From Candidatus Brocadia sp. (GTDB lineage: Bacteria > Planctomycetota > Brocadiia > Brocadiales > Brocadiaceae), in assembly GCA_021650915.1 (NCBI GenBank), contig CP091279.1:1590001-1622000 (forward strand): a DNA stretch of 32,000 bases, written 5' to 3'. Positions 1 through 8,439 of the stretch are shown piece by piece. How positions within the stretch are numbered: the stretch's first letter is position 1; each line of letters opens with the position of its first letter. Both the position numbers and the translations under genes were made by a program. The notes beneath the pieces were generated by a model that ran no database searches, was not told where the DNA came from, and saw only the letters and a program-made list of their open reading frames with translations.

Positions 1-98
1 TAAAAGGGTAAAATATGGCGAAAATGAAGGGATTCTGGGTATAAAGAGTCCAAATATTCGGTTCATTAACCCACTAGCCAAAGGACATTCGATAGAAG

Positions 99-1562
99 AT
101 GAGAAAGAGATTTGAGCAGCAATTGAAGCTTGGCATCATACCCATTTCAGGGGTAAAACTGCCAATAAAGAGTCGAGATGAGCTACCACCGATACTGAGG
201 GCGTTGCAACATATCTATGTTACACCGGAGTTGAACGAGGAGGTATTCCGGATATTAGAGGCGAAGGTAACGAAGGGGAAGAAAAAGACGGGAAGATATG
301 GGATGGATTTATGGCATATTTTGGTGTTGTCGGTGGTAAGATTAGGGTTAGATGCCGATTATGACAGGTTGGAGGATTTTGCCAACCATCACAAACTTAT
401 CAGGCAGATAATGGGGGTTGAGACGGCATTTGGAGAGGCGAAGGTTTTTTCGATGCAGAGCATCAAGGACAATATAAGATTGTTGGATGAGGAGACCCTC
501 AGGCAGATAAATGAAGTGGTGATATCATCGGGGCATCAGTTGGTTAAAAAAAAGGACGAAGGACTGTGTATTAAGGTGGATACGTATGTGTTAGAGACGA
601 ATGTACACTTTCCGACCGATATGAATTTATTGTGGGATGCGGGACGCAAGAGTCTGGACATGATAGAGGATGCAATAGAGGAAGGCATCCTGGCGGGGAA
701 AGGATGGCGCAAGAGCAAATATTGGAGGAGAGAGTTAAAAAAGCTGATGAGGATAAGCGCAAAGGCGTCAAGCAGCGGGGGGAAAAACAAGGAAGAGCAT
801 GTGAGGAGTTACTTGGAATTATCGAGGGGTTTGAGTGAAAAGATAGGAGCGAGTCTGTTAGCCATCTACGAAAAGGTGCTAACGACGAACCAGGTAGACA
901 AGCATGCAGGGAAAATAGGGACACTGGAGTATTTTCACGGGATGTTGAATAAACAGATAGACCTGGTGGAGAGAAGGGTGATCCGGGATGAGGTAATACC
1001 GGCGGCAGAAAAGGTTCATTCGTTGTTTGAGCCGCATACGGAGTGGCTGTACAAAGGCAAGTCAAACAAAAGGGTAGAGTTGGGACATAATATTCTGGTA
1101 GCAAGCGATCAGTGGGGTTTCATCGTGGACCATGTGGTAGGAGAAAAACAGGCGGATGTATCGTTGGTAATTCCATTGGCAGATAGGTTGTTGAGCCGTT
1201 ACGGAGAAGGCACAATAAAGAGTATAAGTTTTGATAAAGGTTTTTACAAGAAAGAGAATAAAGAGTTGCTGAGTTTGTATATACCAGAGGTAATCCTTCC
1301 CAAGAAGGGCAAGAAGAATAAGGCGGAACAGGAAGAGGAATCGGGTAAGACATTTAAGAAGCTAAGGCACAAGCACTCGGCGGTAGAATCGGATATCAAT
1401 CGTTTGGAGCATCACGGCTTGGATAGGTGTCCGGACAAAGGGCTGCATGCCTTTAAAAGATATTGTGCAATGGGCGTGTTAGCTGCGAATTTGCACAAGC
1501 TGGGAAACGTGCTGCAGGAGAAGGCACGGAAGCAGTGCGAAAAGTTGCGAAAAGCCGCCTAA
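99..1562 (+). CDS. DDE transposase, intact (487 aa)
   Basis: Uninterrupted ORF. Motifs read as IS4/IS5-type DDE: VDTYVLETNVHFPTDMNLL (D1), SISFDKGFY (D2), HSAVESDINRLEHHGLDRC...VLAANLHKLG (E region). From memory, the element size (~1.85 kb) and a possible 6-bp flanking repeat fit the ISNCY/ISDol1 group; this is unverified. Confidence 0.85.
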   Translation: MRKRFEQQLKLGIIPISGVKLPIKSRDELPPILRALQHIYVTPELNEEVFRILEAKVTKGKKKTGRYGMDLWHILVLSVVRLGLDADYDRLEDFANHHKLIRQIMGVETAFGEAKVFSMQSIKDNIRLLDEETLRQINEVVISSGHQLVKKKDEGLCIKVDTYVLETNVHFPTDMNLLWDAGRKSLDMIEDAIEEGILAGKGWRKSKYWRRELKKLMRISAKASSSGGKNKEEHVRSYLELSRGLSEKIGASLLAIYEKVLTTNQVDKHAGKIGTLEYFHGMLNKQIDLVERRVIRDEVIPAAEKVHSLFEPHTEWLYKGKSNKRVELGHNILVASDQWGFIVDHVVGEKQADVSLVIPLADRLLSRYGEGTIKSISFDKGFYKKENKELLSLYIPEVILPKKGKKNKAEQEEESGKTFKKLRHKHSAVESDINRLEHHGLDRCPDKGLHAFKRYCAMGVLAANLHKLGNVLQEKARKQCEKLRKAA

Positions 1563-1727
1563 GCAAGCAAAAAACACGAAGAAAAACAGTCTGCCGGGAG
1601 GCAGGTACGCCCAGACAAGGCTAAAATAAAGGGGAAAACAAGGGAAATATGTAAAAGAACAGTATTTTTGCCAAAAACCCTAATCTCAAATCTTAAAATT
1701 ATCTATTGGTAAATAGAAAATCGACCT

Positions 1728-1752
1728 CGCACTTTTACAAAAAGTGCGTTTT
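1728..1752 (+). terminator. Hairpin plus T-run inside the IS right arm (intrinsic-terminator-like)
   Basis: CGCACTTTT-aca-AAAAGTGCG forms a 9-bp stem followed by TTTT, just inside the right inverted repeat. The same hairpin occurs at 3582-3606 and 31128-31152. Confidence 0.5.
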
Positions 1753-1767
1753 CGTTCAGACACTAAC

Positions 1768-3619
1768 TAGTGTTTGAACGGAAACCCCCCAGAGCCCTGT
1801 AAAGTAAGGAGAAGCTGGTGAAAAATGTTCATGAAAGTCATTGAATTTTTTCGGGTAAAAGGGTAAAATATGGCGAAAATGAAGGGATTCTGGGTATAAA
1901 GAGTCCAAATATTCGGTTCATTAACCCACTAGCCAAAGGACATTCGATAGAAGATGAGAAAGAGATTTGAGCAGCAATTGAAGCTTGGCATCATACCCAT
2001 TTCAGGGGTAAAACTGCCAATAAAGAGTCGAGATGAGCTACCACCGATACTGAGGGCGTTGCAACATATCTATGTTACACCGGAGTTGAACGAGGAGGTA
2101 TTCCGGATATTAGAGGCGAAGGTAACGAAGGGGAAGAAAAAGACGGGAAGATATGGGATGGATTTATGGCATATTTTGGTGTTGTCGGTGGTAAGATTAG
2201 GGTTAGATGCCGATTATGACAGGTTGGAGGATTTTGCCAACCATCACAAACTTATCAGGCAGATAATGGGGGTTGAGACGGCATTTGGAGAGGCGAAGGT
2301 TTTTTCGATGCAGAGCATCAAGGACAATATAAGATTGTTGGATGAGGAGACCCTCAGGCAGATAAATGAAGTGGTGATATCATCGGGCATCAGTTGGTTA
2401 AAAAAAAGGACGAAGGACTGTGTATTAAGGTGGATACGTATGTGTTAGAGACGAATGTACACTTTCCGGCCGATATGAATTTATTGTGGGATGCGGGACG
2501 CAAGAGTCTGGACATGATAGAGGATGCAATAGAGGAAGGCATCCTGGCGGGGAAAGGATGGCGCAAGAGCAAATATTGGAGGAGAGAGTTAAAAAAGCTG
2601 ATGAGGATAAGCGCAAAGGCGTCAAGCAGCGGGGGGAAAAACAAGGAAGAGCATGTGAGGAGTTACTTGGAATTATCGAGGGGTTTGAGTGAAAAGATAG
2701 GAGCGAGTCTGTTAGCCATCTACGAAAAGGTGCTAACGACGAACCAGGTAGACAAGCATGCAGGGAAAATAGGGACACTGGAGTATTTTCACGGGATGTT
2801 GAATAAACAGATAGACCTGGTGGAGAGAAGGGTGATCCGGGATGAGGTAATACCGGCGGCAGAAAAGGTTCATTCGTTGTTTGAGCCGCATACGGAGTGG
2901 CTGTACAAAGGCAAGTCAAACAAAAGGGTAGAGTTGGGACATAATATTCTGGTAGCAAGCGATCAGTGGGGTTTCATCGTGGACCATGTGGTAGGAGAAA
3001 AACAGGCGGATGTATCGTTGGTAATTCCATTGGCAGATAGGTTGTTGAGCCGTTACGGAGAAGGCACAATAAAGAGTATAAGTTTTGATAAAGGTTTTTA
3101 CAAGAAAGAGAATAAAGAGTTGCTGAGTTTGTATATACCAGAGGTAATCCTTCCCAAGAAGGGCAAGAAGAATAAGGCGGAACAGGAAGAGGAATCGGGT
3201 AAGACATTTAAGAAGCTAAGGCACAAGCACTCGGCGGTAGAATCGGATATCAATCGTTTGGAGCATCACGGCTTGGATAGGTGTCCGGACAAAGGGCTGC
3301 ATGCCTTTAAAAGATATTGTGCAATGGGCGTGTTAGCTGCGAATTTGCACAAGCTGGGAAACGTGCTGCAGGAGAAGGCACGGAAGCAGTGCGAAAAGTT
3401 GCGAAAAGCCGCCTAAGCAAGCAAAAAACACGAAGAAAAACAGTCTGCCGGGAGGCAGGTACGCCCAGACAAGGCTAAAATAAAGGGGAAAACAAGGGAA
3501 ATATGTAAAAGAACAGTATTTTTGCCAAAAACCCTAATCTCAAATCTTAAAATTATCTATTGGTAAATAGAAAATCGACCTCGCACTTTTACAAAAAGTG
3601 CGTTTTCGTTCAGACACTA
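1768..3619 (+). mobile_element. IS element copy 2, head-to-tail with copy 1
   Basis: Full-length copy from TAGTGTTTGAACGG... to ...GTTCAGACACTA. TAACTA is present at both boundaries (1764-1769 and 3618-3623). This reads as either a 6-bp TSD with ends GTGT/ACAC, or a 2-bp AC repeat if TA belongs to the element. Confidence 0.9.
1954..3416 (+). pseudogene. DDE transposase, frameshifted (GGGG->GGG at 2385-2387)
   Basis: The ORF track splits it into 164-aa and 340-aa pieces. Copy 1 has CATCGGGGCATC at 530-533 and copy 2 has CATCGGGCATC. Copy 2 also changes FPTD to FPAD (acc->gcc, about 2468). Confidence 0.85.
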
Positions 3620-4155
3620 ACTATTTTAAAATTCATGTCAATAATTAAGTATGGTGTCCGTACGCAGTAACATTTGTTTATTCTTACGGGTTAAAGTCCC
3701 GTCCGGGGAATTATCCGTTCACCCCGGTAGTTCAAGGGAGCGGCGTCTGAGCAATCAGGGGTCGTAAGTTCCCAATTGGCAAAACCGCAGGCCGCAGCGC
3801 AAGCGAACCTACAAGTAGCCTCGTCAATACAAATTGAAGATGCCGACCCCGTGGACACGTGGGGAAGGCCGAAGATTGCAGACTCAGGCAACGGAAGGAG
3901 TCTGTAATATCTTCCGGGGTAGCAGGGGCGGTATGCAGTGGAAGATAAACAGACCAGTGCTGGAGACCCTATGCAGTAATGTTTGAGGGGCATAAACCGC
4001 TCTGTATAAGGAAACGAAATCACAGCGGGCTGTATAGGGAGTCGGAGGGGTTCATGATACCGTTTGAGGACAAGGGACAACAAAACCCTGTTCGAGGAAA
4101 GGAACCCTGCTTTGTTCATGCAACCGAAGAGTAGAGGAAAAGGGAGATTGCAGAA

Positions 4156-5472
4156 ATGCTAACAACCCCGGAAAAGATCAGGATACTACAGAGGAAGCTA
4201 TACCGAAAGGCCAAGCAAGAACCAACCTACCGCTTCTACGCCCTCTATGACAAGGTATTCCGGGCAGACATCCTCAGTCATGCTTACACCCTTGTCCGTG
4301 CCAACAAAGGGAGCGCCGGGATAGACGGCGTAACCTTCGAGGCCATCGAGGAAAGAGAAGGGGTATCCGCCTTTCTGGCGGAACTGCAAGAAGCACTCAG
4401 GAGCAAGACCTATCAAGCAAGCCCTGTAAAACGAGTAATGATACCCAAGACGGACGGAACGGAACGCCCGTTAGGCATTCCCACCATCCGTGACAGGGTA
4501 GCGCAGATGGCCGTAAAACTGGTCATAGAACCCATTTTTGAAGCCGATTTCTGCGAATGTTCATACGGGTTCAGGCCGAAGAAATCTGCCCACGATGCCG
4601 TAGATGACGTAGCATATACCCTCAACAAGGGATATACCGAAATCATAGACGCCGACCTGTCCAAATACTTTGACACCATCCCCCATGCCAAGCTTATGGC
4701 TGTGGTAGCAGAGCGCATCAGTGACGGTGAGATACTGCACCTGATAAAGACGTGGCTCAAGGCTCCGGTCATAGAAAAAGGCAGAGACGGAAAACAAAGG
4801 AACATCGGCGGAGGTAAAGGGAACCGGAAAGGCACACCTCAAGGAGGAGTAATCTCACCGTTACTAGCCAATCTCTACCTGCACCTCCTGGACAGGATAT
4901 GGGAGAGACATCGACTGGAGAAGAAACTCGGAGCCAGATTAGTACGCTTTGCCGATGACTTTGTCGTACTGTGCAGGCAAGGAACTGAACAGCCAATGGC
5001 GATAACAAAGCGGGTGCTGGACAAACTGGGACTGACGTTAAACGAGGCAAAGAGCCGTGTAGTAGACGCCATGAAAGAGGGATTTACCTTTCTTGGGTTT
5101 GAACTTCAAAAGAGGAAGAATTGGCGCACGGGGAAGAGTTATCCCCATGTTCAGCCGTCGAAGAAATCTCTCAAGAAGATAAAAGACCACATTACGGCAC
5201 TTACCAGCAGGAACAGGTCCCCTCTACCGTTTGAAGCGATAGTCAAAGAGGTGAATACGGCACTGATAGGATGGACAGGATACTTCCATTATCGCAATTG
5301 CAGCAGAGTCCTCAAGCAAGTAAGAGAACACGCTCAATTCCGGCTTCGGATACACCTGTACAGACGTCATAAAATCAGAGACAGGAAGACAGGGCTTAAG
5401 CGATACACAAACAGCATGTTATATGAGAGATATGGTCTTTACAAAGTGCCGACCACAGCGGTATGGAGATAG
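4156..5472 (+). CDS. Group II intron reverse transcriptase/maturase (438 aa), no endonuclease domain
   Basis: RT motifs: RPLGIPTIRDRVAQ, TPQGGVISPLLANLYL, VRFADDFVVL (YADD variant), FTFLGF. X/maturase motif: GWTGYFHY. The protein ends about 60 aa later without a CxxC/HNH block. Confidence 0.92.
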   Translation: MLTTPEKIRILQRKLYRKAKQEPTYRFYALYDKVFRADILSHAYTLVRANKGSAGIDGVTFEAIEEREGVSAFLAELQEALRSKTYQASPVKRVMIPKTDGTERPLGIPTIRDRVAQMAVKLVIEPIFEADFCECSYGFRPKKSAHDAVDDVAYTLNKGYTEIIDADLSKYFDTIPHAKLMAVVAERISDGEILHLIKTWLKAPVIEKGRDGKQRNIGGGKGNRKGTPQGGVISPLLANLYLHLLDRIWERHRLEKKLGARLVRFADDFVVLCRQGTEQPMAITKRVLDKLGLTLNEAKSRVVDAMKEGFTFLGFELQKRKNWRTGKSYPHVQPSKKSLKKIKDHITALTSRNRSPLPFEAIVKEVNTALIGWTGYFHYRNCSRVLKQVREHAQFRLRIHLYRRHKIRDRKTGLKRYTNSMLYERYGLYKVPTTAVWR

Positions 5473-5500
5473 CGCATGCCTTATGGTGAAGGGCATCGGA

Positions 5501-5533
5501 AAGCCGTGTGCGGGAAAACCGCAAGCACGGTTT
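5501..5533 (+). ncRNA. Group II intron domain V (catalytic hairpin), copy A
   Basis: AAGCCGUGUGCGG-GAAAA-CCGCAAGCACGGUUU. It has a lower helix of 9 pairs, a 2-nt AA bulge and an upper GCGG/CCGC helix. The AGC triad is at the base. Confidence 0.8.
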
Positions 5534-5659
5534 GATGAGGGAGGACTGGCGAAATAGCATGGTGAGGCTACTGAGGCACTGCCAGACGAAAGGGGCAGAA
5601 ACAGATAGGCCAACCTAAACTATAGATAGCCAGTTCCCTACTCTACCCAGAATCCCCCA

Positions 5660-5688
5660 TTGACAATGTGTAGCCTTCTGGCTACAAT
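5660..5688 (+). promoter_or_regulatory. Sigma70-type promoter with embedded palindromic operator for the TA pair
   Basis: TTGACA (5660-5665), a 17-nt spacer, then TACAAT (5683-5688). The perfect palindrome GTAGCC-ttct-GGCTAC (5670-5685) spans the spacer and the -10 element. Confidence 0.65.
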
Positions 5689-5985
5689 ATGGTCATGATT
5701 GAAATTCGCAAGACTGAGATCTTCACCAAATGGCTTGATGGTTTGCATGATATTCGCGCACGCGCCCGGATTCTTGCCCGGATAGAAAGATTAGCGGCTG
5801 GAAATCCCGGGGATGTTAAAGCTTTAGGTGGAGGCGTTTCAGAGATGCGGATAGATTATGGTCCAGGTTATCGGGTATATTACATAAAGCACGGCCTAGA
5901 GGTGGTAATTTTACTGGCGGGTGGTGACAAGCATACCCAAACCAGAGATATCAAAACCGCCTTACGCTTAGCAAGGAATTTATGA
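5689..5985 (+). CDS. RelE/ParE-superfamily toxin (addiction module killer, HigB-like)
   Basis: MIEIRKTEIFTKWLDGL...GDVKALGGGVSEMRIDYGPGYRVYY...VVILLAGGDKHTQTRDI matches the killer-protein pattern of this TA family. The true start is probably ATG 5695, since the -10 hexamer ends at 5688. Confidence 0.8.
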   Translation: MVMIEIRKTEIFTKWLDGLHDIRARARILARIERLAAGNPGDVKALGGGVSEMRIDYGPGYRVYYIKHGLEVVILLAGGDKHTQTRDIKTALRLARNL

Positions 5986-5996
5986 GGAGGTGTATC

Positions 5997-6383
5997 ATGG
6001 CAAAAACAATTACTTCCAGATACGATGTGGCAGAACATCTTCGCACACCAGAGGAAATGGCTGCTTATCTTGAAGCATGTCTTGAGGAAGCAACTGAAGA
6101 TGCTGCATTTATTGCTAAAGCTTTGGGTGATATTGCACGGGCTAAGGGCATGTCACAAGTTGCGCGTGATGCAGGACTGTCTCGTGAAAGCCTTTACAAA
6201 GCGCTTTCAGGAGAACGAAGTCCTGGCTTTGACACAATATTAAAAGTTATAGCTGCACTCGGTTTGAAATTGCATGCAGAAGCAATTCACGTAAATAGCC
6301 AAAATACCCAACAAAACACTCTACCGGATACCGAGAAACGCGCCGAGGCGCTACGCGGCAATGTTCCTTGCCGGCGCCGGTGA
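5997..6383 (+). CDS. HTH antitoxin (addiction module antidote, HigA-like)
   Basis: GGAGG lies 6 nt upstream of ATG 5997. The HTH segment is GMSQVARDAGLSRESLYKALSGERSPGFDTILKVIAALG. It lies immediately downstream of the toxin, the toxin-first order typical of HigBA-type modules. Confidence 0.8.
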   Translation: MAKTITSRYDVAEHLRTPEEMAAYLEACLEEATEDAAFIAKALGDIARAKGMSQVARDAGLSRESLYKALSGERSPGFDTILKVIAALGLKLHAEAIHVNSQNTQQNTLPDTEKRAEALRGNVPCRRR

Positions 6384-6412
6384 GCTTGATCGTTAGGCCG
6401 CACAAAAAGATA

Positions 6413-6433
6413 GGGTAATTCCTGGGTAATTCC
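6413..6433. repeat. Direct repeat GGGTAATTCC x2 next to intron B 3' junction
   Basis: GGGTAATTCC occurs at 6413-6422 and 6424-6433, separated by one T. Confidence 0.7.
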
Positions 6434-6548
6434 GGGTAGAGTAGGGAACTGGCTATCTATAGTTTAGGTTGGCCTATCTGTTTCTGCCCCTTTCGTCTGG
6501 CAGTGCCTCAGTAGCCTCACCATGCTATTTCGCCAGTCCTCCCTCATC

Positions 6549-6581
6549 AAACCGTGCTTGCGGTTTTCCCGCACACGGCTT
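6549..6581 (-). ncRNA. Group II intron domain V, copy B
   Basis: Exact reverse complement of 5501-5533. Confidence 0.8.
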
Positions 6582-6609
6582 TCCGATGCCCTTCACCATA
6601 AGGCATGCG

Positions 6610-7926
6610 CTATCTCCATACCGCTGTGGTCGGCACTTTGTAAAGACCATATCTCTCATATAACATGCTGTTTGTGTATCGCTTAAGCCCTGTCTTCCTG
6701 TCTCTGATTTTATGACGTCTGTACAGGTGTATCCGAAGCCGGAATTGAGCGTGTTCTCTTACTTGCTTGAGGACTCTGCTGCAATTGCGATAATGGAAGT
6801 ATCCTGTCCATCCTATCAGTGCCGTATTCACCTCTTTGACTATCGCTTCAAACGGTAGAGGGGACCTGTTCCTGCTGGTAAGTGCCGTAATGTGGTCTTT
6901 TATCTTCTTGAGAGATTTCTTCGACGGCTGAACATGGGGATAACTCTTCCCCGTGCGCCAATTCTTCCTCTTTTGAAGTTCAAACCCAAGAAAGGTAAAT
7001 CCCTCTTTCATGGCGTCTACTACACGGCTCTTTGCCTCGTTTAACGTCAGTCCCAGTTTGTCCAGCACCCGCTTTGTTATCGCCATTGGCTGTTCAGTTC
7101 CTTGCCTGCACAGTACGACAAAGTCATCGGCAAAGCGTACTAATCTGGCTCCGAGTTTCTTCTCCAGTCGATGTCTCTCCCATATCCTGTCCAGGAGGTG
7201 CAGGTAGAGATTGGCTAGTAACGGTGAGATTACTCCTCCTTGAGGTGTGCCTTTCCGGTTCCCTTTACCTCCGCCGATGTTCCTTTGTTTTCCGTCTCTG
7301 CCTTTTTCTATGACCGGAGCCTTGAGCCACGTCTTTATCAGGTGCAGTATCTCACCGTCACTGATGCGCTCTGCTACCACAGCCATAAGCTTGGCATGGG
7401 GGATGGTGTCAAAGTATTTGGACAGGTCGGCGTCTATGATTTCGGTATATCCCTTGTTGAGGGTATATGCTACGTCATCTACGGCATCGTGGGCAGATTT
7501 CTTCGGCCTGAACCCGTATGAACATTCGCAGAAATCGGCTTCAAAAATGGGTTCTATGACCAGTTTTACGGCCATCTGCGCTACCCTGTCACGGATGGTG
7601 GGAATGCCTAACGGGCGTTCCGTTCCGTCCGTCTTGGGTATCATTACTCGTTTTACAGGGCTTGCTTGATAGGTCTTGCTCCTGAGTGCTTCTTGCAGTT
7701 CCGCCAGAAAGGCGGATACCCCTTCTCTTTCCTCGATGGCCTCGAAGGTTACGCCGTCTATCCCGGCGCTCCCTTTGTTGGCACGGACAAGGGTGTAAGC
7801 ATGACTGAGGATGTCTGCCCGGAATACCTTGTCATAGAGGGCGTAGAAGCGGTAGGTTGGTTCTTGCTTGGCCTTTCGGTATAGCTTCCTCTGTAGTATC
7901 CTGATCTTTTCCGGGGTTGTTAGCAT
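6610..7926 (-). CDS. Group II intron reverse transcriptase/maturase (438 aa), identical to 4156-5472
   Basis: The 438-aa translation is identical in the ORF track. Confidence 0.92.
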   Translation of the reverse strand: MLTTPEKIRILQRKLYRKAKQEPTYRFYALYDKVFRADILSHAYTLVRANKGSAGIDGVTFEAIEEREGVSAFLAELQEALRSKTYQASPVKRVMIPKTDGTERPLGIPTIRDRVAQMAVKLVIEPIFEADFCECSYGFRPKKSAHDAVDDVAYTLNKGYTEIIDADLSKYFDTIPHAKLMAVVAERISDGEILHLIKTWLKAPVIEKGRDGKQRNIGGGKGNRKGTPQGGVISPLLANLYLHLLDRIWERHRLEKKLGARLVRFADDFVVLCRQGTEQPMAITKRVLDKLGLTLNEAKSRVVDAMKEGFTFLGFELQKRKNWRTGKSYPHVQPSKKSLKKIKDHITALTSRNRSPLPFEAIVKEVNTALIGWTGYFHYRNCSRVLKQVREHAQFRLRIHLYRRHKIRDRKTGLKRYTNSMLYERYGLYKVPTTAVWR

Positions 7927-8439
7927 TTCTGCAATCTCCCTTTTCCTCTACTCGTCGGTTGCATGAACAAAGCAGGGTTCCTTTCCTCGAACAGGGTTTT
8001 GTTGTCCCTTGTCCTCAAACGGTATCATGAACCCCTCCGACTCCCTATACAGCCCGCTGTGATTTCGTTTCCTTATACAGAGCGGTTTATGCCCCTCAAA
8101 CATTACTGCATAGGGTCTCCAGCACTGGTCTGTTTATCTTCCACTGCATGCCGCCCCTGCTACCCCGGAAGATATTACAGACTCCTTCCGTTGCCTGAGT
8201 CTGCAATCTTCGGCCTTCCTCACGTGTCCACGGGGTCGGCATCTTCAATTTGTATTGACGAGGCTACTTGTAGGTTCGCTTGCGCTGCGGCCTGCGGTTT
8301 TGCCAATTGGGAACTTACGACCCCTGATTGCTCAGACGCCGCTCCCTTGAACTACCGGGGTGAACGGATAATTCCCCGGACGGGACTTTAACCCGTAAGA
8401 ATAAACAAATGTTACTGCGTACGGACACCATACTTAATT

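Larger units (their letters stand above)
1..1765 (+). mobile_element. IS element copy 1 (left ~88 bp outside window), IS4/IS5-superfamily DDE type
   Basis: Aligns base-for-base with the copies at 1768-3619 and 29312-31165; window position 1 corresponds to position 1856 in copy 2. The right end ...GTTCAGACACTA is at 1765. The ends are imperfect inverted repeats TAGTGTTTGAACGGAAAC / TAGTGTCTGAACGAAAAC (16/18). Confidence 0.9.
3654..5646 (+). mobile_element. Group II intron, copy A (1993 nt)
   Basis: The 5' end GTGTCCG is GUGYG-like. An RT/maturase ORF sits in domain IV and domain V is at 5501-5533. The domain VI basal helix is 5537-5550/5629-5643, with bulged A5640 seven nt before the 3' end ...CTAC. 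Identity with the inverted copy spans 3643-5648. The 5' boundary is uncertain by a few nt. Confidence 0.85.
6436..8428 (-). mobile_element. Group II intron, copy B (1993 nt), inverted relative to copy A
   Basis: Reverse complement of copy A (position x in A maps to 12082-x). At least three substitutions, all in the 5' ribozyme part (A positions 3862, 3932, 4128). The encoded protein is identical. Confidence 0.85.

Noticed and set aside
777-782. The G6-A5 run (GGGGGGAAAAAC) as a programmed frameshift site in the transposase.
   Set aside because: Copy 1 reads through it as a single continuous 487-aa ORF, so no frameshift is needed. The G7 in copy 3 simply breaks the frame.
536-1353. Antisense and alternate-frame ORFs inside the IS transposase gene (536-790, 571-1104, 632-838, 1120-1353, and their equivalents in copies 2 and 3).
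   Set aside because: They lie entirely within a clearly coding DDE transposase frame. They are low-complexity (P/S/L-rich) and recur only because the IS is repeated, so they are shadow ORFs.
3691-4119. 142-aa ORF (and its mirror at 7963-8391) upstream of the RT gene.
   Set aside because: It lies antisense within group II intron domains I-III, which are structured ribozyme RNA. One of the substitutions between the copies falls in it (Y/C) without any sign of coding constraint, and no RBS is present.
4156-5472. The reverse transcriptase as a retron, DGR or Abi-type defence RT.
   Set aside because: It is embedded in a complete intron scaffold (GUGYG-like 5' end, domain V, domain VI with bulged A). 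It also has the X/maturase motif, and the whole 1993-nt unit is duplicated with precise boundaries.
4198-5613. Multiple 60-140-aa ORFs antisense to the intron RT gene and over domain V/VI (mirrored at 6469-7884).
   Set aside because: They are shadows of a strongly supported RT/maturase ORF and of ribozyme domains.
6025-6243. 72-aa ORF in an alternate frame of the antitoxin gene.
   Set aside because: It overlaps a well-supported HTH antitoxin frame and has no RBS.
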